A stretch of DNA of 36,934 bases from Macrostomum lignano (Eukaryota): positions 1 through 36,934 of the forward strand of contig NIVC01004727.1 of the NCBI GenBank assembly GCA_002269645.1, read 5' to 3'. Below the pieces are notes generated by a model. It was not told the origin of the DNA. It saw only the letters and a program-made list of their open reading frames with translations, and did not search any database. Positions within the stretch are counted from its first letter, which is position 1; each line of letters opens with the position of its first letter. Both the position numbers and the translations under genes were made by a program. Of this stretch, positions 1 to 11,539 are shown in pieces.

Positions 1-2386
1 GCAGCAGCTGACGGGCCGACCTTCGTCTGTCGGGGCTACGAGCTGTCCGCGCCAGGTTTCAACATCGAAGCCATCGAAGGTGAACTCGGCCTGGCTTGAA
101 AATCGGACCGGCGCTGATGAAGCTGGACCTCAGCTCCAACCAGTTGTCCCTGCTCGACCAGCCTCACTTTGCCTCGCTGCCGAACCTGCACCGGCTTGAG
201 CTGGGCTCCAACCAGATCAGGTTGATCTCGCACCGGCTGTTTGACGGTCTCAAGCAGCTCATCTTTCTGGACTTGGACAACAACCAGCTGCCTGAAGTTA
301 CTCAGGCCACATTCGGGTCTCAGCGAGTGTTCAGCCCTGGCAACCAGTGCAACCTGCGCTCCCTGCTCTACCTCTACTTGGCTAACAATCGTATCGAACG
401 CGTCGATCCCAACAGTTTTGATTGCATGTCGCGGCTCAAAGTGCTCAACTTGCAGCGCAATCTAATTAAGGTGCTGCCGGAATCCACCTTCTCCGGTCTC
501 AGCTCCATCACTAGCCTGAAACTGTATGCTAACCGCATTGACACGGTGCGGGACTCCGCATTCAGCCAGTGCTGCCGGGAGCTGAGATACCTCAGCTTAG
601 TTGACAATCGAATCTCCCATCTGTCGCGTACAATTTTCAACTTCATGGGCAATTTGACTTCGCTCTACCTAGACCGGAACCAATTCGTCCAGGTGCCAAC
701 CTACCTGCTGGCCTACGCAGCCGGCCTCGGGCCAGCCAGCCTCTCCGACGTCCATATTCAGCGCAACCACATCGTGCGCATCCGGAAGAACGACTTCCGG
801 GACGCTGGAAAGATCGACGCTCTGAACTTGTTCGATAACAGCATCCAGCGCATCGAGGACTACAGCTTCGCCAGCCTGTCCTGGACAAGAAGCCTCATCC
901 TACAGAAGAACGAACTTCGCACAATTAACAACCGAACGCTAGCTGGCTTGTCCAACCTTCGCTATCTGGTACTCACGCAGAATCACATCGAATTCGTGGA
1001 AGACTACGCGTTCACTCCGCTGGTCCGCTTGGACACTCTTTCAATAGCGTCGAATCGTCTTACGGAAGTTCGTCAGCTAATGTTCGTCGGACTAAATCAC
1101 ACCTTCTCGTTGAACCTGGCGTCCAACTATATCCAATCGCTGCGCGGGACGAGTTCCAGCTGTTGCCGAGCCTGCGCTATCTGTACCTGGAGAAAAATCA
1201 GCTGATGCGAATCAGGCGCGGCTACTTTTCGGGTCTCACCGGTCTGCGCAAGTTGGACCTCAGCGACAATCGCTTGAACGAGCTGGAGACTCAAGCCTTT
1301 GCCGATCTCGATGAGCTAGCCTTTCTTGACCTCAGTGGAAACAACTTGGAGACCATTTGCTCCGCCAGTCTTCAGGGCCTACGGAGCCTGCAGTCTTTGT
1401 TCCTATCGAAGAACCGTATCGATGCACTGGACCCAACACTGCTAGCCAGTCTTCCCGCGTTGAGCGTGCTCGACCTTCGAGACAACCGCCTGGCCGAATT
1501 CTCCATCAACTGGCCGCTGCCATCCGCCGCAGTGGCCAAAGCTCGTCCTGGCCAGGCGCTGACCCACCTCGACCTCGGCGGGAACAGACTTCGTCTGACC
1601 GACACCGACGGTTGCGGCTTCTGCGGCCTCGACTCGGTCCGTTTCGCCAGCCTGGGCGTCGAGCTGAGCAGCGTCGCTCAGCTGACTGCCGACAGTCTGC
1701 GTGGCCTCGGTGGGCCCGGGCTCGACCTCATCATCAACGAGAAACAGTGGCCACCGGCAGCAACGGCCGCTGCGGCCTCCACGGCAGCCGAGTGTCGAGT
1801 CGCTTGCAAATCGCGGCAGCAGCTGCAGCAGCTACCGAAGGAGCTGACCGACAGAGCCTGCCGGTCTAGACTCAGCCAAGGTCGAAGCAACGTCGCTGGC
1901 GCCGCGGACGCCACCTTCGGCACCGCAGCTGCAGGCGGCGGCAGCTTCGCTCGCCTGATGCTCTACGTGTCTCTGCCGGCCCTGCTGCTGCTGATCCTGG
2001 CCGTGGCCTCCGTCAGCGGATTCTATCTGATGGCACGTCGTCGTCGACGTCAGCGAAGCGCCGCCGCAACAAGAGCAGCGGCAGCGGCGTCTGGTGGTTA
2101 CCATGTCGACCAGCAGCAGTTGCAGCATCTGGGCATGCAGAGCGTGCTGGGCCAGCAGCAGCAACAGCTTGCTGGGCCTCCACTGTTGCCGCAGTCTCAG
2201 TCGCAGCAGCACCTGCAGATGCGAAATCACGGTCATCACCAGCATCACCATCGTCAGCAGCAGCCGCAGCCTGGAATGTCAGCCTACGACACTGAGCCAA
2301 GCCTACTGGAGATGAGCATGGAGCTGACGCCATCAAATTCCGACGTGAAGTTCAATAGCAAAGTGTATGGCAATTTGCTTTCGTGA
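1..2386 (+). CDS. LRR single-pass transmembrane protein, intronless, 5'-truncated by the window edge, with two apparent 1-bp deletions (~96 and ~1146)
   Basis: ORFs 96-1205 and 1163-2386 contain many LxxLxLxxNxL repeats. These are followed by a hydrophobic helix (LMLYVSLPALLLLILAVASVSGFYLM), a stop-transfer RRRRR and a Q/H-rich tail ending VYGNLLS. Frame 1 (1-96, AAADGPTFVCRGYEL...) joins if one T is added at gct-tg; the LRR register is restored if one base is added at cgc-ggg-ac (LRxDEFQLLPSLRYL). Confidence 0.8.
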
Positions 2387-3720
2387 AATAGTTTGATTTC
2401 TTCGTGTCAAATAAGTGAAATTTGGCAAAAACTGCTTCGTACTTTTACTTTTTAATCCAATCCAATGCTAAATTATTGTAATTAGCATCTTGCATCTTCT
2501 CTTCTCTTGCCACTAAGTTTGATCTAACTTGTTTCTCTCACGACACACAGTTGTTTTTTATTTTACGCAAAATAGTTCAGCAAAACCTGCTTCACCCGTT
2601 GAAAATGGTACCGTGACAAAAACCACTGGAGTCTCATCGCAATTACAACTTGCTAGCGTCTCTAGGACGACTCTTGTGACTCGAGCGTCTCTGCAATGGG
2701 ACGGGGAGGCGGCTGTTGAATCACGAGCGCATCAAGTGAGTTGCAGAATCGTAAAAGAGTTGCGAAAAAAGTCATCCAAAAATCGTTGTTTTAGCGCTTA
2801 ACCTTCTACTAATTTAAGTAGACTAAATGGATATAACCCCAGAGTCACTTACGTCGCTTCAGAGAAGAAAATAAGACGCCTCAAATTTACTCTTGGGCGA
2901 CTCTTGAACGACTTTTTGGCGACTTGTGCCGTGAAATCTCATCGGTTTAGAGTCGTCTAGAGAGTCACTTCTTTCCTGTTTCTATTGTGTCCTTGGGTCA
3001 AGACGTGACACTTGAAAAAGCATTAGCGAGATAGAAAATCAAGCATTTTTAAGCACTTAATGAAGGATTTCTAATATGTGGATCACAAAAAGGATGTTTA
3101 ACCTACCCACCAATGTCAAAGGCATAACATTGTAGCTTAGCTTAAGCTCTAAGCACCCTTTTCTTATTTGATTTTTCTAAACATGTTTCTTATCGTCATA
3201 AGATCATGTTAAAGACCCAGTTGATGTAATCTGCTTCTTTTTTTAAGAAAAAGTCCGTTTCAGAATGCGCCCTCCTCCTGCTTTTGCCTGCTTGCTGGCA
3301 GGATACGTCCCAATGCACTGCATCTTCTATTGGTCCTCTTGCTGGCCTAATTGACAGGGTTGGTAAAGAAATCAAGGACTTATTACCTCACCAGAACCAA
3401 TCATCTTTCCAGTTGGAAAGTCTGCAAGCCTAATTATTATTTAATAAGACTCATTAATTTCGTCTGCCAGTTTGGTTTTTCACCATTACTTGCTGTACAA
3501 TTGTGATTTTTTTGTTAAAATGGCTTTATTCTGCATAAATTACATGTACCGTATAACACACGATTGACCCCTGTCTATTTGTAAAAGTTATACAATGCCT
3601 ACATATACTGCCTAATCATTTTCCCCCATATTTTGGAATAAGTATGCAAAAAGCAATGCTTAACTATATAAATGCTGTTCGTTGAAATCCTGTGTAAATT
3701 TTTTTTTGTTATTTAATTAT

Positions 3721-3891
3721 TGTTAAAGAAATAATCAAGTCTAATTGATCTGAGGGTTAGACTTTAACAAAAAAACAGGTAAATGAGCCCTGTGGCTAAA
3801 TTATTGCATATATATTAAATTAAATCGATGTTCTCTCTCTCCAACTCTCTAACTCATCAACGCCTCACGCACATCAACCCCACCCCAACAC
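3721..3891 (-). repeat. Inverted copy of the 3' 171 bp of the BEL LTR
   Basis: Reverse complement of 7729-7899 with 4 mismatches by manual alignment. Confidence 0.9.
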
Positions 3892-4920
3892 GTCCGATCC
3901 TGTCTCCCATCGCAGCCCGAGGACTTTTGACGATACGCCATCTTCGCCCAAGGAGGCGGCTGAATAGCTGGAGGGGTCCTCCGTGATGTCCTTTGTCACC
4001 GCCGACAACGCCGGAGCAAGAACATCACTGTCTAGTGTGCTGGCGCGAACCGCTTTCAATACATTCTTGCTGTTGGACTGCCAGTGTCGCAGATTCATTC
4101 CAGCCTGTTGGAATATGTGCCGGGATTTTTGGATGAGATCCAGGGCCTGCTGTTCATCCACGCACCCAGAGATCAGGTTGTCCACATAGATTTCTTTGGA
4201 CACCTTATCCACGAACTCTGCATGCTGGCCTCGGTGAGATGCCAAGTGGTGTTGAATGACAGTCTCCAGGACGGCAGGTGAGCAGGTGAGTCCGAACACC
4301 AGAGCAGCGTAGCGCAGAACAACGAGAGGTGAATCAGCTTGACTGGGATCCCGTGGCCAGAGGAATCGTAGAGCATCGCGATCGTCTTCTGCAATTCGGA
4401 TCTGCAAAAAAGCCTTCTCAATATCGGCAGTCAAGGCGATCGGATGAAGTCGAAAGGCCTGAAGCAGTCGCGGAATCTCGGCCAACGAACAGGTTCCTGT
4501 TTCCAGACAGTCATTCAGCGATGGACTGCACTGATCTCGCTTGGCACTCGCGTCGAAAACCACTCGAACTTTGGTCGATTCAGCTTCAGGACGGATTACG
4601 GCTCGGTGGGGTAGGTAGTGGATGAGATCGCTGGTCCCATCTGGAGCTTCTTCGACTACGCCAGCTTCCTTCTGACTGGTCAGAATGCGGTGGTACTCCT
4701 GAAGTAGCGCAGGCTCACGACGCAGCCTCGTCAGATTGGTCTTTAGTCTCTTGAACGCTACCTCGAAGTTGTCGGGCAATCTTAATTCCTTTTTGGGAAT
4801 CTTCCACGGCAGCTGAACTGAGTAGCGACCCTCTTGGAACTGGGCATTCAGAGTCAGTGGACGCTGATCAGGCTCGGCTGCACTTCTGATGCCGAGACCT
4901 TCTAAAGTCCAGAACGCCTC
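3887..4920 (-). pseudogene. BEL/Pao pol fragment: reverse transcriptase (inverted segment)
   Basis: Reads EAFWTLEGLGI...LPW...YLPHRAV...KVRVVFDAS...SLNDCL...ADIEKAFLQI...FGLTCSP...YVDNL...VLGLRWETGSD, typical Pao RT motifs. Confidence 0.9.
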
Positions 4921-7292
4921 GTGTTCGTGCTGCAGTTTTCTCCGCCAGAAGATTTGCTCAAGGCGTCGCCCTCCAAGCGTGTCGTGCTACAGCTGCTGGC
5001 CCGTGTCTACGATCCTCTGGGCTTCCTGGTTCCGCTGCTTACGTTGCCGAAATCGATGTTCCAGAAGCTGTGCGTTGAAAAGATCGCTTGGGACTGCCCG
5101 CTAAAGGAGCCGATTAAGCAGCAGTGGCTGAAGTGGTTGCAGGAGATGCTGGCAGGTCGATTTCAAGTTCCAAGGTTGGTGCTTTCGGCGACGAAGGAGG
5201 TCGAGGAGATACAGCTGCATGGGTTCTGTGATGCGTCAATCAAATGCTATGCGGCGTGTCTTTACCTGCGAGTGCAGTACACCGATAGTTCCGTCAGCTG
5301 CAACCTGGTGGCCGCCAAGGCGAGAGTGGCTCCACTGTCGGTTCTTTCAATTCCTCGGCTCGAACTCCTGGGTGCCTTGATACTCGCCAGACTGTTGACA
5401 TCATCCATGAGTCAGTATCCTCATGTTCGCCAGGTGTTTTGCTGGACAGACAGTGCCGACACGCTCTACTGGATCCGGCAGCACAGACCCTGGAAGCTCT
5501 TTGTTCATAATCGGGTGACGGAGATCCGCCGCCTGGTGCCAGAGGATGCCTGGAGACATGTCCCAGGCGAGGAGAATCCGGCGGACGTTGCATCTCGAGG
5601 AACATCAGCGAGCAAGTTGAAGGCGGACGACAGCTGGTGGCACGGTCCAGACTGGCTGGCACGACCTCCTGACGATTGGCCCGACCAATCCTTTCTCAGC
5701 TTACCGACAGCGGCAGTTGCCGAGGAGCAAAAGACACAAGTGAACCGTCCAGTTGTTCTGCTAACTGAAGCCGGTCCTGACATCAGTCTACAGGAAGTTC
5801 TCAATGACACGAACTTCTCATCCTGGATCAAGCTGATTCGGGTGACAGCCTATGTCCTACGCTTCGTCAGAAACCTGCAAGCTAGAACTTCTGCAGCGGG
5901 GGAGGAGCGAGTGGGACCACTGGCTGCAGCAGAAGTCCTTGAAGCTGAAGAGCGCTGGCTGCGAGAAGTGCAGAAACGGAGTTTTCAAGCCGAAATTGCT
6001 CACATTCAGGAGTCAGCGGCCAGTACAGATCTCAGCAGGCAGTTGAATCTTTTTCTCGACAACAAGAGTATTCTCCGAAGCCAAGGTCGATTGAAGGAGT
6101 CCAACGCCTCTGCCGAGGTTGACTGTCCGATTCTGATCCGAGCAAGTCACACCTGGAGCTTCTTCTCATCTGGGACGCTCACGCCAAGGTTCTGCACGGG
6201 GGAGTGCCCAGCACTCTTTGTAAGCTGCGAGAGAGATTCTGGCTAATCAGAGGAAGACAGCGAGTCAAGTCGATCCTGAGAAGTTGCTTTGTCTGCAGAC
6301 GTCTTCAAGGACTACCATATGCAGTGAAGCAAATCCCAGCCTTACCTGAAGCACGCGTGAAGTCTGGGAGAGCCTTTGAGTGGTGCGGACTCGACTACTG
6401 CGGACCTGTCAAACTGATGGAGGACACAGAGATCGAGAAAGGCTATATCCTGGTTTTCACCTGTGCGGCCACGCGAGCCCTTCACCTGGAACTGGTGAGC
6501 GACTTGACGACCGAGACCTTCCTGCGAGCCCTCCGACGGTTCTGTGCTCGGAGAGGAATTCCCAATCTCATCAGTGACAACGCCAAGACATTCACCAAGG
6601 CTGCCAAAATACTTCAGGCGTCGGAGAGTCGACAAGTTCAAGACTTCTGCGCCACCAGGAAAATCACCTGGCAATTCATCGTCGAACGCGCACCGTGGCA
6701 AGGAGGCTTCTGGGAGCGACTGATGAGGGACATCAAGCTGGCTTTGCGCAAGACCATCCTCAACGCAACCCTGACGCTGGACGAACTGCGGACAGTGCTA
6801 ATGGAGGTGGAAGCGGTGCTCAACAGTCGGCCTCTACTCTACGTGGATGCCGAAACCAACGGAGAAGTCCTGACGCCGGCGCACTTTCTGGTCCTGCAAC
6901 GGCTGACGGCGGAGCCAACTTCTAGCGGTACGCCCGAGCTCCTGCTGCCGTTGCCAACACTGCTGAGGCGAATGCGCGCCAGACTGCAAGCCTTCTGGGA
7001 CTGCTGGGAGCGACAGTATCTGACCAGCCTGCGAGAACATAATCTAAGTCCCAAGCATGGCGTAACTCGAGAAGCGACGGCCGGCGACATCGTCCTGGTG
7101 AAAGGTGAGGCCGGGCAGCCGAGGCTTACCTGGTGTACCGGTGTCATCGAGTCGGTGCATCCTGGCCGAGACGGGGCGGTGAGATCTGCAACGGTTCGAG
7201 TCGCGCCCAGACCTGGCCGCGGTCCCAGGAGATGCTTGATTCGCCGACCGGTGGAGAACCTGATTTTGCTGGAAGCTGTGAAAACTGAATGA
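4921..7292 (+). pseudogene. BEL/Pao pol fragment: RNase H/Pao linker, HHCC zinc finger, integrase core and C-terminal domain; one frameshift near 6150
   Basis: Motifs YDPLG, LHGFCDAS, IPRLELLGA, WTDS, NPAD; then HAKVLHGG...CFVC, GLDYCGP, SDNAKTF, GGFWERL, GDIVLVK, RPVENL. Confidence 0.9.
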
Positions 7293-7635
7293 ACTTAAGT
7301 AACTGACTTTCAATGACTGTTCTAATCGTTGTTTCGAGTTTCTGTTTAGTTTTAGTTCGCAGTAATTTTCACTCCCTTTCAATCTTACCTTTTGAGCTCC
7401 TTAGCGCTGATTGGATTTTTTTGAGTTTCGTTTTCCCTTTGTTCCTACTTTTTCGTTAACTCAGTACTCTGGTGATGGTGTGTCACATTTTTAGTCATCA
7501 AGTCTGTTGTAATGTTGGAGCGTTTTTTGTTGTTCATTTGTTTTTTGCTATTCGTTTCGTTTAATTTCATTTAAGTTAATAGCGAGTTTCTTTTTCGAAT
7601 ATCAATGTTAAGTACTGTAATGATGAAGCATCATT

Positions 7636-7899
7636 AGGGGGAGTGTATTGGATTTGGAGTGCCTGCGTACCGACCCTCTGCTATGTGTAGCGTCGCCAGT
7701 GTACACTTGGCGGTCCCCGTCTCAGAGTGTGTTGGGGTGGGGTTGATGTGCGTGAGGCGTTGATGAGTTAGAGAGTTGGAGAGAGAGAACATCGATTTAA
7801 TTTAATATATAAGCAATAATTTAGCCACAGGGCTCATTTACCTGTTTTTTTGTTAAAGTCTAACCCTCAGATTTATTAGACTTAATTATTTCTTTAACA
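7636..7899 (+). repeat. Polypurine tract (7636-7643) and 3' LTR (7644-7899) of the BEL element
   Basis: AGGGGGAG is immediately followed by TGTATTGG; TATATAAG lies inside; the segment ends CTTTAACA. An alternative LTR end at GAGAACA (~7791) cannot be excluded. Confidence 0.7.
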
Positions 7900-8251
7900 A
7901 TTATTAATCACGATTCTATTCGCCATTGAGATGCCAATTAAAGTACATAAAAATTCATTGAATTGGGTGAATTTAAATTTTGAGATTGGTCTTGCTTTCT
8001 GCTTTTTTATGTCAAAAAGCTGACTGGTTGTTTGAGTTCAATTGCAACTACGAATTAAAAAACATTTTTGAGTATTTTGCAATGCATTCTACTATTAAAG
8101 AACTGATTCAGTAAGAATGTCTGAACCAAAAAAGCAAAAGAAATAAAAAGCCGGTTAGTATGCGACACTCACTCTTGACGCTTTTGCAAAAGCCCCGGAA
8201 AGCAGTTTGGACAAACTGAAAGCGTTTCTGACAACTGGTGGAACTTTGGTC

Positions 8252-9065
8252 GAACCGGAAGCAAGTTGGTGGAACCGGAAGCAAGTTGGTGGAACCGGAA
8301 GCAAGTTGGTTTGGAACCGGAAGCAAGTTAGTTTGGAACCGGAAGCAAGTTGGTAGAACCGGAAGCAAGTTGGTAGAACCGGAAGCAAGTTGGTAGAACC
8401 GGAAGCAAGTTGGTAGAACCGGAAGCAAGTTGGTAGAACCGGAAGCAAGTTGGTTTGGAACCGGAAGCAAGTTGATTTGGAACCGGAAGCAAGTTGGTAG
8501 AACCGGAAGCAAGTTGGTTTGGAACCGGAAGCAAGTTGGTTTGGAACCGGAAGCAAGTTGATTTGGAACCGGAAGCAAGTTGGTAGAACCGGAAGCAAGT
8601 TGGTGGAACCGGAAGCAAGTTGGTGGAACCGGAAGCAAGTTGGTGGAACCGGAAGCAAGTTGGTGAAACTGGAAGCAAGTTGGTGGAACCGGAAGCAAGT
8701 TGGTGGAACCGGAAGCAAGTTGGTGGAACCGGAAGCAAGTTGGTGGAACCGGAAGCAAGTTGGTGGAACCGGAAGCAAGTTGGTGGAACCGGAAGCAAGT
8801 TGGTTTGGAACCGGAAGCAAGTTAGTTTGGAACCGGAAGCAAGTTGGTAGAACCGGAAGCAAGTTGGTAGAACCGGAAGCAAGTTGGTAGAACCGGAAGC
8901 AAGTTGGTAGAACCGGAAGCAAGTTGGTAGAACCGGAAGCAAGTTGGTTTGGAACCGGAAGCAAGTTGATTTGGAACCGGAAGCAAGTTGGTAGAACCGG
9001 AAGCAAGTTGGTAGAACCGGAAGCAAGTTGGCCAAACCGGAAGTTAGCTGAACCGGAACCGGAAG
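8252..9065. repeat. Minisatellite, 20-22 bp unit GAACCGGAAGCAAGTTGGT(A/G/TTG), roughly 38-40 copies
   Basis: Directly visible tandem array. Confidence 0.95.
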
Positions 9066-9554
9066 GGGGCCTCTGTCACCCTCAATGTAAAGAGGACTTC
9101 TTGGTTTTTTACATAAAGTTTCTTTCTTAAGCGAATACCGGACCTTGCGCTTCATCAAAGCAACAAAATGAAAGTTTATTACTAAGAGCTATTCGAGCTT
9201 TTATTTAATGAGAATTATTCGTTATAAAAATATTTATTTCTCATTCGGCAACTATCTGCTAAAAACAAAATTTCAATTGAATTCTTTAAAGAATTAAATC
9301 CTAAACAGCATATTATATACTACTGCTGGGACACACGGCCTTGCTGAAATTTCCTGCAGTGATCATTTGAGCAAGAGCGAGTAAGTTACCTTTATAATCT
9401 AGTATTTAAAAAATGAAAATCTTATACTACATGTAAAAATGGTTTTTCGGTAGGTATATGATCGATTTCAGAAAAAATGGCTCAACCGATTTTCTTCAAG
9501 CTTGCACCATTCGATCAGAAACTCTTGTTTCGCTATATAACTCATAGTTTATCT

Positions 9555-9850
9555 TCCATGGCTCATATAGTTATCCTTTTTGACTCATGAACATTCTCAG
9601 CTATGGCTCATAATAATCTTTTATGACGATCATAATCCTCTATGACTCCAAATTATCTTTTATGACTCATAATCTTTCTCTATGACTCACAATTGTATTT
9701 TATGACGATCATAATCATTCTCTATGACTATAAATTATCATTTATGACTCATAAATATACTCTATGACTCACAATGATCTTTTATGACTCATAATCAATC
9801 TCTATGACTCACAATTATCTCAATGACTCACAACCGTTCTTTATGACCCA
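9555..9850. repeat. Degenerate ~20 bp tandem repeat with a TATGACTCA(T/C)AAT core
   Basis: The TATGAC core recurs about every 20-21 bp. Confidence 0.8.
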
Positions 9851-10006
9851 CACAACTATCCATAATTTTAAGCCATACCCCTTTGCTAAATAAGGAGCTC
9901 AAGAGACAGTAACAACAGAGTAAGCATTTATCTGAATATTATCGAACTTCAAATTGTTCGGCCACGAATTCCAGTAGTTATGCAACTCATAAATCCATTT
10001 GTCCAA

Positions 10007-10703
10007 TCAGATTTTCGAATAATTCTCCCTGCCTTTGCACAGGCAGCTCCGAATAGTCTTGAAGCTGAACTCGAACCCATCCTTGATCAGCAGAGCCAGG
10101 TGACACCAGAACTGCCCATTCGGTAGCAGATCGGCGCCACTTCTGCGCCGCACGAGGCCGTTAATGAGCATAGAAACCAGGATGTACAGGGCCACGGAGA
10201 GGCAAAATAGAAGCACAATGACATCGCCCGGGCTCCAGCCAGTGTTGCCACCACTCGGGCTGGGGGTCAGGCAGCAGTAGCGCGAGTGCAAGTCGAATGT
10301 CAGATTGTAATTGCCGCCGTCTGTCAGGACCACGTTGGAAATGCGACCATCTTCGGTTGCGTTGCAAACAAGTCGGACTGTGCTCAGGATGGGCTTGAGC
10401 GGGAGCTGGCTGCTGCCTTTGTAGCGCAGCCTCAGGGAGGACGGCGGCTGACCCTCGATTCTGCTGCTGTTCTGCTCGCCTGCGGGTAGATAGATAGATA
10501 GATAGATAGATGGATAGATAGATAGATAGATAGATGGATAGATAGATAGATAGATAGATGGATAGATAGATAGATAGATAGATGGATAGATAGATAGATA
10601 GATAGATAGATGGATAAATAGGTAGATAGATAGATAGATAGATAGATGGATAGGTAGGTAGATAGATAGATAGATAGATATATAGATAGATAGATAGATA
10701 GAC

Positions 10704-10785
<82 letters not shown>

Positions 10786-10831
10786 GTAGATAGATAGATA
10801 GATAGATATATAGATAGATAGATAGATAGAC

Positions 10832-10878
<47 letters not shown>

Positions 10879-10879
10879 C

Positions 10880-10949
<70 letters not shown>

Positions 10950-10971
10950 GTAGATAGATAGATAGATAGAG

Positions 10972-11013
<42 letters not shown>

Positions 11014-11014
11014 G

Positions 11015-11088
<74 letters not shown>

Positions 11089-11539
11089 CACAGCTCAAGT
11101 TACCCATGCCATAGGTCATTAAGTTGCCAGTGGCACAGATGGAATCGGTCGCAATCACACCGCAATCGAACGGACTGCACGGGTTAAACGACAGGTTGTA
11201 GGAGATCCCCATTATTTGAACTTTAGCAAAGTTTTTGAATCTTGGCTTGTCAGCAGAGTCCAGTGGCGACAGGTCCAGGGTGCCTTGGGCGAAAGTTGCT
11301 TTGCAGGCACCCGCGCTGGCAGAGGCAGCTTCGCTCTCCTGTTGTTGAAGATTTCCTGTGTGAATTGGCAGTGGTGGGTTCGAAAGTTGATCAATTATAA
11401 CAAAAATGTATTAAGTCATTAAAAATGAAGCCGTTTGGCCTGGACCTGATTTACTTGACCACTCGTCGAAGCCGATGCTATCCAAAGATGCTTGGCAACT
11501 AATGGCAGCGCTAAAGAGTACTAAAAATTGAATTAGCAT
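10007..11539 (-). CDS. Cation-dependent mannose-6-phosphate receptor / ATG27-like type I membrane protein, 269 aa; exons 11539-11455, 11355-11104, 10479-10007
   Basis: The exons splice in phase through GT-AG sites (85+252+473=810 nt). The protein has a signal peptide (MLIQFLVLFSAAISCQA), an MRH-like domain (CKATF..GTLDLSPL..RF..SFNPCSPFDC), a TM helix, the LPNGQFW..L..LIKDG motif and a C-terminal YSKI sorting motif. Confidence 0.8.
10486..11088. repeat. (GATA)n microsatellite filling intron 2 of the MPR-like gene
   Basis: About 600 bp of GATA with sporadic GGTA/GACA/GGAT variants. Confidence 0.98.

Larger units (their letters stand above)
3721..7899. mobile_element. Rearranged BEL/Pao LTR retrotransposon lacking gag/protease and the normal 5' LTR, bounded by 171-bp inverted LTR-derived arms
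   Basis: Contains Pao-type RT, RNase H and integrase motifs and has TG...CA ends. ATTAT is directly repeated at 3716-3720 and 7900-7904 (candidate 5-bp TSD). Confidence 0.85.

Noticed and set aside
2530-3010. GC-richer patch with short imperfect inverted motifs (GACGACTCT/AGAGTCGTC)
   Set aside because: No clear termini, TSD or ORF; may be a transposon remnant but cannot be supported.
3721-7899. Classical autointegration as the cause of the BEL inversion
   Set aside because: Autointegration junctions fall at LTR termini, but here the junction is about 85 bp inside the LTR at a microhomology.
8108-9158. Long ORFs (PTCFRF.., EPEASW..) over the 20-bp array
   Set aside because: They are translations of a stop-free minisatellite in several frames; units of 20 and 22 bp do not preserve frame.
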